In this document: positions 7,886-16,990 of the stretch, piece by piece
Numbering within the stretch: position 1 is the first letter of the stretch
Layout of the letters: every line of letters begins with the position of its first letter
Source of the DNA: Candidatus Kapaibacterium sp.
Lineage (GTDB): Bacteria > Bacteroidota > Ignavibacteria > Kapaibacteriales > UBA2268
Reading direction: 5' to 3'
NCBI GenBank assembly: GCA_963664875.1
Contig: OY761611.1
Coordinates: 928,001-992,000 of the forward strand
Length of the DNA stretch: 64,000 nt
The notes under the pieces: generated by a model
Database searches by the model: none
The model's input: only the letters and a program-made list of their open reading frames with translations
Told to the model about the DNA's origin: nothing
Translations under genes and position numbers: made by a program

Positions 7886-9767
7886 ACTCAAACAGATTAA
7901 AGCTAATTATGAAGCAAAACAAAAATTAGTCAAAAAAAGAATCATTGTTTGCGCCGGCACAGGTTGCGTAGCTAATGGCTCTAAAAAGATTTATGACGAA
8001 TTGAAAAAACAGATAGTAGCTCAAGGTTTAGAGCTTTCTGTAGATATTAGATTCGAACACGACGAAAAAGAAAAAATGTATGTCTCTCAGAGCGGTTGCC
8101 AAGGGTTCTGCCAAATGGGCCCTCTTGTAACTATTGAGCCTGCTGATATACATTACCTTAAAGTAAAAGAAAGTGATATTGAAGAGATTGTAGAAAAATC
8201 TGTTAAAAATGATGAAATCATTGACAGATTGCTCTTCAAAGACCCTAAAACAAAAGAAAGATGTAAAGGCACTAAAGAGATTCCATTCTACAAACGCCAA
8301 ATGCGTTTGACTCTAAAAGAGTGCGGTATGATAGATCCGGGAAGTATAGATGAATACATCAACCACGATGGTTATATCGCTGCTTACAGAGCTTATACAG
8401 AAATGGAACCTGCAGAAATTTGCAAATCTATTTTGGATTCCGGTCTCCGCGGCAGAGGTGGCGGTGGTTTCCCAACAGGTAAAAAATGGGAACTTACTCT
8501 CATCCAGCCCGGTCCAAAAAAATATGTTATTTGTAACGGTGACGAAGGCGATCCCGGTGCATTCATGGACAGATCTGTGATGGAAGGTAATCCTCACTCT
8601 GTTATTGAAGGTATGATGATTGCGGCGAAAGCTATCGGAGCTAACGAAGGTTACGTTTACGTTCGTACAGAATACCCTTTTGCGGTTCAAAGAGTGCGTC
8701 AGGCAGTCAAAGACGCTGAAGAAATGGGTATTTTAGGCGACGACATATTTGGCACAGGTGCCAGCTTCAGAATTGAAGTAATGGAAGGTGCCGGAGCATT
8801 TGTTTGCGGTGAAGAAACTGCTCTTATTTCTTCTATCGAAGGTCTCCGTGGCATGCCTATGCCAAAACCACCGTTCCCTGCAGAATCAGGCTTGAACGGC
8901 AAACCAACTGTAATCAATAACGTTGAAACTCTCGCTTCTGTACCTCTTATAATGAGAAACGGCAGCGACTTCTATAAAGCATTAGGAACTGAAACATCTC
9001 CGGGTACAAAAACATTTGCACTTACCGGTCACGTAGCAAATACGGGTCTTATCGAAGTACCTTTTGGTACTACTTTAAGAGAGATTGTTTATAACATCGG
9101 TGGTGGTGTTTTAAACAGCATGGGTAAAGCATCTGACGTTCCGTTCAAAGCAGTACAAATCGGTGGCCCTTCAGGTGGCTGTTTGACTCAGGCACACTTA
9201 GATTTACCTCTTGACTTCGACTCTCTTCGCAGCATCGGTGCGATGGTAGGCTCAGGTGGTCTTGTTGTTATGAACGAAAACACTTGTATGGTTCGTATCG
9301 CAAAATACTTCATGGAGTTTACACAAAACGAATCATGCGGTAAATGTGTCCCTTGTCGCGAAGGTACTAAGCAAATGCTTGCACTTTTGGAAGACATCGT
9401 AGAAGGCAGAGCCACTATGGACACTTTAGATTTGCTTGAAACATTAGCAAAAGCTGTTCAAAAAGGTTCACTTTGCGGTCTCGGCAAAACTGCTCCAAAT
9501 CCGGTACTTTCTACCTTGAAGCATTTCCGCCATGAATATTTGGCACACGTACAAGACAAATGCTGCCCGGCTAAAGAATGTGAAGCTCTTGTTGAGCCTG
9601 AAATTCTTGCTGAAAACTGCAAAGGTTGCGGTGTTTGTATTAAAGCTTGCCCTGTAAATGCTATCTCCGGAGAGAGAAAATCTGTTCACGTACTTGATGC
9701 AGAAGTATGTATCAAATGCGGGTCATGTAAACAAGTTTGTAAGTTCAACGCTATTGTCGGAGTTTAA
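7866..9767 (+). CDS. hydB: Bifurcating [FeFe] hydrogenase beta subunit (NuoF-like, FMN/NAD, C-terminal 2x[4Fe-4S])
   Basis: LRGRGGGGFP, NGDEGDPGAFMDR, GAFVCGEET, GGPSGG, SCGKCVPCREG, two CxxCxxC motifs; ATG at 7866 follows AGGAGG. Confidence 0.92.
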   Translation: MNQHLDKLKQIKANYEAKQKLVKKRIIVCAGTGCVANGSKKIYDELKKQIVAQGLELSVDIRFEHDEKEKMYVSQSGCQGFCQMGPLVTIEPADIHYLKVKESDIEEIVEKSVKNDEIIDRLLFKDPKTKERCKGTKEIPFYKRQMRLTLKECGMIDPGSIDEYINHDGYIAAYRAYTEMEPAEICKSILDSGLRGRGGGGFPTGKKWELTLIQPGPKKYVICNGDEGDPGAFMDRSVMEGNPHSVIEGMMIAAKAIGANEGYVYVRTEYPFAVQRVRQAVKDAEEMGILGDDIFGTGASFRIEVMEGAGAFVCGEETALISSIEGLRGMPMPKPPFPAESGLNGKPTVINNVETLASVPLIMRNGSDFYKALGTETSPGTKTFALTGHVANTGLIEVPFGTTLREIVYNIGGGVLNSMGKASDVPFKAVQIGGPSGGCLTQAHLDLPLDFDSLRSIGAMVGSGGLVVMNENTCMVRIAKYFMEFTQNESCGKCVPCREGTKQMLALLEDIVEGRATMDTLDLLETLAKAVQKGSLCGLGKTAPNPVLSTLKHFRHEYLAHVQDKCCPAKECEALVEPEILAENCKGCGVCIKACPVNAISGERKSVHVLDAEVCIKCGSCKQVCKFNAIVGV

Positions 9768-9771
9768 GAGA

Positions 9772-11763
9772 ATGAAAACTTTATTTGTAAACGGCAGAGA
9801 AGTTGCATTCGACAACGAGAAAAATCTGCTTGAAGTTATTCGCAAAGCGAATATCGAAATCCCTACTTTCTGCTACCACTCTGAGCTTAGCGTTTACGGA
9901 GCTTGCAGACTTTGTATGGTAGATATCGAAGGTCGCGGTCTAATCACTTCTTGCTCTACAAAACCGGAAGAAGGTATGAAAGTTAAAACTCATACTTCCG
10001 AATTGAGAGAAATGAGAAAAATCATTTTAGAGCTTTTGCTTGCTAATCATGACAGAGACTGTACTTCTTGCCAGAAAAATGCGAACTGTAAATTGCAGGA
10101 TTTGGCTTATAAATTAGGTGTGGACAAAATCAGATTCAAAAAAACTGAAAAAATATTACCTATAGATTATTCTTCAAAAGCCTTAGTACGCGACCCTAAC
10201 AAATGTATTCTTTGTGGCGATTGTGTTCGTGCCTGCTCTGAAATACAAGGTATCGGTGCTATTGACTTTGCTCACAGAGGTTCATTCATTCAGGTAACTC
10301 CTGCATTTGGAAAAGACCTCGCTATGGTAGAATGTGTCGATTGCGGTCAGTGTGCAAGAGTATGCCCTACCGGCTCAATTACTCCTAGATCGGAAATTGA
10401 TATAGTATGGGCTGATATTGACAATCCAAACAAAAAAGTTGTAGCTCAAATTGCTCCTGCAGTAAGAGTAGCTATCGGTGAGATGTTCGGTTTGCAACCC
10501 GGCGATGTGCTTACAGGCCAAATCGCAGCTGCTTTGAGATTACTCGGATTTGATCAGGTATATGACACTTCATTTACTGCAGATTTGACAGTAATCGAAG
10601 AAGCCAATGAATTTGTTAAAAGAAAAAATTCAGGCGATAATTTGCCGCTAATGACTTCTTGCTGCCCGGGTTGGGTAAAATATGTTGAACAGTATCACCC
10701 GGAACATCTTGCTAATCTTTCGACTTGCAAGTCACCTCAGCAGATGTTTGGCTCTGTAGCGAAAGATCTACTTCCTAAAGAATTTGGCACAACAAGAGAA
10801 GATTTAGTAGTAGTTTCAATCATGCCATGTACTGCCAAAAAGTTTGAAGCAAAAAGACCTGAATTTTATACAGACAATGTTGCTGATGTTGATCATGTAA
10901 TCACCACTCAGGAACTTGCTTCTATGATCAAACAGGCAGGTATCAACTTTAAAGATTTGGATCCGGAACCATTAGATATGCCTTTCGGCTTTAAGTCAGG
11001 AGCAGGTGTACTATTTGGTAATACAGGCGGTGTGAGCGAAGCTGTTTTGAGATACTTGTACGAAAAAATCAAAGGCGTACAATTAGAATCAGTTTACTTC
11101 CATGAAGCTCGCGGTTTGAAAGGCGTAAAAGAAGTATGTGTTAATCTGAATGGAGCTGATGTAAACATAGCAATCGTAAACGGTCTATCTAACATCAAAC
11201 ATGTACTCAAAGAAATGAAAGAAGGCAAAAAGCACTACGATTTCATAGAAGTTATGTCTTGCCCAGGTGGTTGCATCGGTGGTGCTGGTCAGCCTGTATG
11301 CTACGATACTGCAGTTAAGGAAAGCAGAGCAGAAGGTATCTACAATTCAGATAAAATGCTCAAAGTCAGAAAAGCTCAGGAAAATCCGTATATCAATGAG
11401 TTGTACGAAACCCGCTTAGGCGAAATTGGTGGCAAATCAGCTCATGACTTGCTTCACACTCATTACCATAACAGAAAACGCATTGCAGACGAACAGTTGG
11501 CATTGCTTAATGATCCTAACTCAAACACTCTCGAAATTGGCGTTTGTATAGGAACTAACTGTTTCATCAAAGGCTCTCAGAAACTATTGAGCAAATTGAT
11601 GAACTATGTTGAAGAAAAAGGCATAGCAGAAAAAGTAAATCTACATGCAAATTTCTGTATGGAAAGTTGCGAACACGGTCCAAGTGTTACCGTAGGCAAC
11701 AACAAGATTACTCATTGCACATTTGAGATGGCAGTGGAAGCAATCGAAAAAGCTCTTGTATAA
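9772..11763 (+). CDS. hydA: Group A [FeFe] hydrogenase catalytic subunit with C-terminal thioredoxin-like 2Fe-2S domain
   Basis: H-cluster motifs TSCCPGW, MPCTAKKFE, EVMSCPGGCIGGAGQP; N-terminal FeS domains; start moved to MKTLFV at 9772, just after the hydB stop. Confidence 0.93.
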   Translation: MKTLFVNGREVAFDNEKNLLEVIRKANIEIPTFCYHSELSVYGACRLCMVDIEGRGLITSCSTKPEEGMKVKTHTSELREMRKIILELLLANHDRDCTSCQKNANCKLQDLAYKLGVDKIRFKKTEKILPIDYSSKALVRDPNKCILCGDCVRACSEIQGIGAIDFAHRGSFIQVTPAFGKDLAMVECVDCGQCARVCPTGSITPRSEIDIVWADIDNPNKKVVAQIAPAVRVAIGEMFGLQPGDVLTGQIAAALRLLGFDQVYDTSFTADLTVIEEANEFVKRKNSGDNLPLMTSCCPGWVKYVEQYHPEHLANLSTCKSPQQMFGSVAKDLLPKEFGTTREDLVVVSIMPCTAKKFEAKRPEFYTDNVADVDHVITTQELASMIKQAGINFKDLDPEPLDMPFGFKSGAGVLFGNTGGVSEAVLRYLYEKIKGVQLESVYFHEARGLKGVKEVCVNLNGADVNIAIVNGLSNIKHVLKEMKEGKKHYDFIEVMSCPGGCIGGAGQPVCYDTAVKESRAEGIYNSDKMLKVRKAQENPYINELYETRLGEIGGKSAHDLLHTHYHNRKRIADEQLALLNDPNSNTLEIGVCIGTNCFIKGSQKLLSKLMNYVEEKGIAEKVNLHANFCMESCEHGPSVTVGNNKITHCTFEMAVEAIEKALV

Positions 11764-11791
11764 GATTTATCTCCCTATAACATAAACCCAT

Positions 11792-11939
11792 AAGGCTCGG
11801 GTTGCTTTGAAAAAAGCCCATTAAATTTCATAGTAATCCGGCCTTTGTTTAAAAAAGATGTTTTCCTTCCTGAAAGTCTGGACTCGACGATATAAGTGTG
11901 TTTCCCAAAGTGTGTGTGATGTGTGTTGAGTTCAGACTT
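11792..11939 (+). other. Two long G-U-containing hairpins downstream of hydA (structured 3' UTR or candidate ncRNA)
   Basis: AAGGCTCGGGTTGCT pairs with AGTAATCCGGCCTT; AAGTCTGGACTCGAC pairs with GTTGAGTTCAGACTT. Confidence 0.5.
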
Positions 11940-12004
11940 CCTATATTTCCAAAGTATTAAAGTATATAAATCAACAGTTTACTTTTTCGCAGATATTTGC
12001 TAAA

Positions 12005-12358
12005 TTGCGAGAGAATGTAAAGTTTAATACAATAAATAAATATATAAACAATCCTGATTTACATAAATTACCAGAACCTACAATTGAAGAACGTGATGGT
12101 GGAGTTATGATTTCCATTCAAAAATTTAAATATAAGGAAAAGGAAGGTGGGTCAATAGGTTTATCAGATACACAGAAGTTGCTTATACAAATAATTGATC
12201 AGAACCCTAAAATAACTATAAAAGATATTGCACATAATCTTAATATTAATACATCAGCAGTTGACAAACATATTGTAACTCTTAAAAAGAAAGGCGTTTT
12301 GCAAAGAATTGGTGGCACTCGGGGCTACTGGAAAATAATTGAAACAAAAGTGAAATAA
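12005..12358 (+). pseudogene. Probable C-terminal remnant of an AlbA/HATPase + winged-HTH regulator
   Basis: LPEPTIEE then NPKITIKDIA..L.....VDKHIVTLKKKGVLQRIGGTRGYWKI, resembling the C-terminal HTH of such proteins; no convincing start. Confidence 0.55.
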
Positions 12359-12361
12359 AAT

Positions 12362-12472
12362 ATGAAACGAATAATACTACTACCCACTCTACTTCTGATT
12401 TTACTAACTATTTGTAAAGCAGAAGACAATTATTTTAATCAGAGACCGGAAATAGGAACGATTTACTATTAG
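12362..12472 (+). pseudogene. Short signal-peptide-bearing ORF, probably a truncated secreted-protein gene
   Basis: MKRIILLPTLLLILLTICKAEDNYFNQRPEIGTIYY*, starting just after the previous stop. Confidence 0.35.
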
Positions 12473-12584
12473 ATATAGCCTTACAACTTTATAATATCCA
12501 CCTGCTTTGATTATTTTACTTAGAAGAATAAACTTGTAAACACCCGATACAAATCATAATTTCTGGATCTAGTTTTATCGTATT

Positions 12585-12645
12585 TCTAATACTCCATCGG
12601 CAGAGCCAGAAGCTCATCATATCTGTAAACAGGGCCGTCTTTGCA
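12585..12645 (-). repeat. Direct-repeat copy of the 3' end of flxA (partner copy at 15144-15204)
   Basis: 61 bp with 2 mismatches; encodes CKDGPVYRYDELLALPMEY*. Confidence 0.9.
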
Positions 12646-12723
12646 TAAGTAAACGAAGCGCTGTTCAATATCTACTTTTTTGCATTCATTACTTGAATTT
12701 AAAAATGTATAGTAGCAAGCTAT

Positions 12724-13281
12724 CTAAAGTATTACTCGACCAGCTTCTGTAATAACATCTTCAAAAGCCAACGCAACAAATAACAAGGTAAAAATAATAT
12801 TTAGTATCAGATCTTTAAAAAACTCAAGTTTATTTTGTAAACTACTATTCTTGATATTATTAGTATCTATTGTTTGGAGTTTGTGATATATTAGTTTCCA
12901 AATAACTCCAAACATCGCAACAAGAATAGCATATAAAATCCATCCATACACATAAAAATACGTGGGAATAGTTCCCTGATAAATATTTACCTCTTTTATT
13001 CCCAATTGAAATATTGATACACTGAATGCTCCCATTATAGGAAAAAACATCAAGCTAAGAAAAGTTAATACGAGTGACAATGATCTTTTGTCTTCAAGTT
13101 TCCTGATTCTTTTTAAAAACTTTATATCCTCTATAGAGTTAACATTTCGCATATTCAGTTTCTTTTTTCCGCGCTTTATTCCACCTATTAAAAAATGAGT
13201 ACGCATAGAGCTTATGCCGAAAAACATAAAGAAAAAACCCATAAAATAGGCATTTACTGCATACGCTAGTTCATAATTCAA
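12724..13281 (-). CDS. Hypothetical membrane protein (about 4 TM segments)
   Basis: Several hydrophobic stretches; low GC. Confidence 0.6.
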   Translation of the reverse strand: MNYELAYAVNAYFMGFFFMFFGISSMRTHFLIGGIKRGKKKLNMRNVNSIEDIKFLKRIRKLEDKRSLSLVLTFLSLMFFPIMGAFSVSIFQLGIKEVNIYQGTIPTYFYVYGWILYAILVAMFGVIWKLIYHKLQTIDTNNIKNSSLQNKLEFFKDLILNIIFTLLFVALAFEDVITEAGRVIL

Positions 13282-13413
13282 TTTTCCTACTCCTCTAAAA
13301 TTCTTATGCTCAGTTTTAAGTTATTGGAGCTATAACATATTCAATGGTGCTGTAATTTGCTATTATTTACTCATATTCTGCAATCCAATTGAATATTTAT
13401 GGGATATCATCTT

Positions 13414-14130
13414 TTAAAAGTCACTCTGCAATAGTATCGGAGGATAAAAAGGACTGACTATCATTGCACCAGCGTCATATCCATATATCTTAAGTAAACT
13501 AAAAAATTGCAAGCTATTTCTACTTACTCTTGGAATTACTATACTATCGATGTTTACTTTATGAAATTTGCCTTTGAAACCTGGGAAAATCGTGTATATA
13601 TAAATGCTATCTAAAGTTGAATATATATTGTCAGTTGTACTGTCTAGTCCTTCTGTATAGAAAATACTATCTCGACCCATAACAGTAGCTTTGTTTGTCC
13701 ACCCCAAGTAGAATCCTTTTAAGTCGGTCTCCTCTTTATTTTTTATATTTATACCTATCACATTATAATGTGCTTTATCATATGTCTTTAAATAATTTGA
13801 TCCAGCAATAGCTCCAAAAAACACACTATCAATTTCGCTTAATCTTGATGGAAATTTTAGCATCCAATCACAGTTTGAAAACATAATACTATCTTCTGAA
13901 AAAGTACTCAACACACTTTGGTATTGATAATTTGGATGGACGACAAAATCATAAAATCTAGCATAAAATTCATGATGTGGATTTTTAACTTCATTAGCCA
14001 ATTTATCAATAATTGTTATATTATACATTTCTAAAGGGATATCTATTTTTATTTTCTTTTCCAAGTTATTACAAGAATAAAGAGCGAACACTAGCATAGT
14101 TGATAATAATAGCTTAAATATTTTCTTCAT
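13414..14130 (-). CDS. Hypothetical lipoprotein
   Basis: MKKIFK...FALYSC lipobox-like N-terminus. Confidence 0.65.
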   Translation of the reverse strand: MKKIFKLLLSTMLVFALYSCNNLEKKIKIDIPLEMYNITIIDKLANEVKNPHHEFYARFYDFVVHPNYQYQSVLSTFSEDSIMFSNCDWMLKFPSRLSEIDSVFFGAIAGSNYLKTYDKAHYNVIGINIKNKEETDLKGFYLGWTNKATVMGRDSIFYTEGLDSTTDNIYSTLDSIYIYTIFPGFKGKFHKVNIDSIVIPRVSRNSLQFFSLLKIYGYDAGAMIVSPFYPPILLQSDF

Positions 14131-14522
14131 TTCCTCACTACTTCCTTTATCAATAGCACTTTACCATTTTTCTTTTGTATAGCTAAATATACAGTAGTTT
14201 CTTTATCAGTAGTACTTACTTCAAAAGTGAGAGAAACATACCACACGCTATCTTTTTCCAAATCACAATTTATTGAAATATGCTTTATGTTTTCCTCTCC
14301 ATATATAGGAATCAGCACAGCTTTTGCTATTTCTGCTGCCGTTTCCTTATATGGCACTGCATCTTCTATGTTTAACATATTATGCACGCCATCTTTACTC
14401 ACTTTACGCAATCGCTCTTTAAAATTCGGATCTGATCTGTCATATTTTCTAGCTTCAATAGAATTACAACTGACCAAAATGAGCACACAAGTAACTACAA
14501 ATAGAGAACACATAAACTTCAT
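14127..14522 (-). CDS. Lipoprotein, NTF2-fold immunity-like (YbbC/YhhH-like)
   Basis: LILVSC lipobox; DAVPYKETAAEIAKAVLIPIYGEE...DSVWYV...IQKKNGKVL. Confidence 0.65.
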   Translation of the reverse strand: MKFMCSLFVVTCVLILVSCNSIEARKYDRSDPNFKERLRKVSKDGVHNMLNIEDAVPYKETAAEIAKAVLIPIYGEENIKHISINCDLEKDSVWYVSLTFEVSTTDKETTVYLAIQKKNGKVLLIKEVVRK

Positions 14523-14613
14523 AATATCTCTCAACCGGTAATTTTATAATTAAGTCTGAAAAGTTAAATCAAAATTTGATATTGAATTTATATATGTAAT
14601 CATCTATATTTGA

Positions 14614-15012
14614 TTAGCCACATGTTATTCTTAATATTTTCCCATCTTTTTTTTGTATATAAACTTGACCAACAAAATCAATATAGGATTAGCTCTTTTC
14701 AGTCCAAACGACATGATTATCTCCTTTTACATACCAAACACTATCTTGCAGTAACTTACACTTAAAAGGTCTTTGCTTAAATATAAATTCCTCACCATAA
14801 ATTGAAATCAGCACGGCTTCGGCAATTTTAATTGCAGCTTCTTCATTTGGAATTGCATCTCGCTGGTATAACAGATTGCTAGTGCTATTATTTATATCCT
14901 GCTGCAATTGTTCTTTTATAGAAGTATCTAATTTTTCAGTTGTTATAGATGTGCAACTAGAAATTAGGATTATGATTAATAATAACAACATAGAATTAAG
15001 CTTAGCCTTCAT
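14614..15012 (-). pseudogene. NTF2-fold immunity-like lipoprotein paralog with an in-frame premature stop
   Basis: DAIPNEEAAIKIAEAVLISIYGEE...RPF...DSVWYVKG; TAA at 14689-14691, then the same frame continues SYIDFVGQVYIQKKDGKILRITCG* (stop at 14614-14616). Confidence 0.75.
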
Positions 15013-15083
15013 CAAAGCATTCCTTTTATATATTTGATATTTGTAATCATACAAATCAATAAAATATTATTCCAAAAATATAC

Positions 15084-15119
15084 AAAAACCACTTACGCTG
15101 AAAAACACATAAGTGGTTT
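15084..15119 (-). terminator. Intrinsic terminator of the hdr-flx operon
   Basis: AAACCACTTA...TAAGTGGTTT stem with a T-run on the minus strand. Confidence 0.65.
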
Positions 15120-15144
15120 AATATAAGTTTTATATTTTCTCTCT

Positions 15145-15978
15145 CTAATACTCCATCGGCAGAGCCAGTAGCTCGTCATATCTGTAAACAGGGCCGTCTT
15201 TGCAGACGTAGTTGCTGCCTACCATGCAGTGACCGCATTTACCTATGCCGCATTTCATTCTGTTTTCCAATGTAGTGTAGATATTTTCTACAGGGAAACC
15301 TAGTTTTTCTAATACAGGCATAGTGTATTTAATCATTATTGGCGGACCGCACACGATTGCTATTGTGTTTTCTGCTTTAGGTGCAATTTCTTCTACGATT
15401 GCAGGAACAAAACCCACTTTGCCTTTCCAATCCGGAGTTTCTCCGCCGGGATCGACTGTTACTGTCAAATTTACATCTGGGCGTTCTTCCCATTCTTTCA
15501 ATTCGTCTTTATAAACTAAATCGTTTTCAGTTCTTGCACCGTAAACGATAGAAACATCTTTGAAGTTTTCTCTTAGATCCAGAGCATTCCAAATTACGCA
15601 GCGTAGTGGCGGCAATGCAATACCTCCGGCGATGAATATAAGATTTTTACCTTTCCACTCATCTATTGGGAATGTGTTACCGTAAGGGCCTCTGAAACCA
15701 ATAATGTCGCCTTCTTCTCTGGAAGCTAATGCAGATGTGACTCTACCTACTTCTCTGAATGTACATTCTATATAGCCTTCTCTGGTTGGAGATGATGCAA
15801 TACAAAAAGTAGATTCGCCTTCACCAAAAACGGAATATTCGCCAAATTGTCCGGCTTTAAATTTGAATTTCTTCTCATCATCTGAGTTCATAAATTTGAG
15901 ACGAAATGTTCTGATATCAGGAGCTTCATCAGTTATTTTTTCAATTCGCATCATATATGGCACATACATATTTTCCAT
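15145..15978 (-). CDS. flxA: FAD/NAD(P)-binding oxidoreductase FlxA (AsrB/PyrK-like)
   Basis: AGQF, RGPYGN, IAGGIAL, VCGPPIM, MKCGIGKCGHC, CKDGPV; position in the hdr-flx operon. Confidence 0.85.
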   Translation of the reverse strand: MENMYVPYMMRIEKITDEAPDIRTFRLKFMNSDDEKKFKFKAGQFGEYSVFGEGESTFCIASSPTREGYIECTFREVGRVTSALASREEGDIIGFRGPYGNTFPIDEWKGKNLIFIAGGIALPPLRCVIWNALDLRENFKDVSIVYGARTENDLVYKDELKEWEERPDVNLTVTVDPGGETPDWKGKVGFVPAIVEEIAPKAENTIAIVCGPPIMIKYTMPVLEKLGFPVENIYTTLENRMKCGIGKCGHCMVGSNYVCKDGPVYRYDELLALPMEY

Positions 15979-15979
15979 C

Positions 15980-16984
15980 TTACGCCTCCGATATCTTGAT
16001 CATTGTGTCAATAATATTCATGCCTGCCGGACAGTTATCAATGCATCTGCCGCAGCCAGTGCAGCTAAGCTGTCCCATAGTGTCAACTGAATATTTAAAT
16101 TTATGTAAAATTCTGTGTCTCCAGCGTTCAGTCTGCACTTCTCTAGGATTATGACCTGAAGCATGAACTGTAAAGAGATCAAATCCGCAGCTGTCCCATA
16201 ATCTTAATCTTCTTGATTCATGAGGATTTTTTTCATCCTGTATGTCGAAGCAAGTACAAGTAGGACAAGAAAATGCGCAAGAAGCACAAGAAAGACATTT
16301 ATCAGATTCTGCCTGCCAAAAATCAGCATCATAGATTTTATCAATATTTGCTTTTACTTTATTGATGTCAAATCTGATTTGCGGTTCTGCCAGATATTTT
16401 GTTTTATCCACATCTGAAGCTTGGGACATAATATTTTTATATGCTTCAAGTAAACTAGCTCCTCTATCAGTAACAACCTCAACTAAGAAGCCGGAATCAC
16501 CCATATCTGTGATATTAAGATCGCTTCCTCTTGTATTTCCGGGATTGCTACCAATAGAAGTACAAAAACATGTGTCTGTTGCTTCATTGCAGCTACAACT
16601 GATAATTGTAGTTTTTTCAAATCTATCAGCTATCAGTTTATCTGCATTCTCTTTAGTATAAAAATCTTTGAAGTAGTCCATACCGGAAGCGTCACATGGT
16701 TTTATGCCGTAAAGAACGCCTTCTTTTGCAGCTTCTGGTTCTATAATTTTAGTATTTTCACCATTGCCTTCGAATTTTACAAGTTCTTCGCATCTTGGGA
16801 AAAATACTGATTTAGCAGAAAGTTTAGTTTTTTTGCCAACATCGGCAATAGATCCAACTTCTTTTACTTCTGCAAAGTAGTTACTACCGTTATTCTCAAC
16901 CGGAGCATATAGCTTTTTGCCTGATTGAATTATACCTGACAAAAATTCCGGTAGCTTCTCTTTTGATAATTTATATTGTTGCAT
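15980..16984 (-). CDS. flxB: 4Fe-4S dicluster protein FlxB (AsrA-like)
   Basis: KCLSCASCAFSCPTCTCF, WDSC, CTGCGRCIDNCP. Confidence 0.8.
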   Translation of the reverse strand: MQQYKLSKEKLPEFLSGIIQSGKKLYAPVENNGSNYFAEVKEVGSIADVGKKTKLSAKSVFFPRCEELVKFEGNGENTKIIEPEAAKEGVLYGIKPCDASGMDYFKDFYTKENADKLIADRFEKTTIISCSCNEATDTCFCTSIGSNPGNTRGSDLNITDMGDSGFLVEVVTDRGASLLEAYKNIMSQASDVDKTKYLAEPQIRFDINKVKANIDKIYDADFWQAESDKCLSCASCAFSCPTCTCFDIQDEKNPHESRRLRLWDSCGFDLFTVHASGHNPREVQTERWRHRILHKFKYSVDTMGQLSCTGCGRCIDNCPAGMNIIDTMIKISEA

Positions 16985-16990
16985 ATTTAC

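Noticed and set aside
9658-9771. N-terminal extension of the hydA ORF in the ORF track
   Set aside because: It overlaps the hydB 3' end by about 110 nt; the real start is most likely ATG 9772.
12646-15143. Integron cassette array
   Set aside because: No attC-like repeated palindromes between the genes and no integron integrase were seen.
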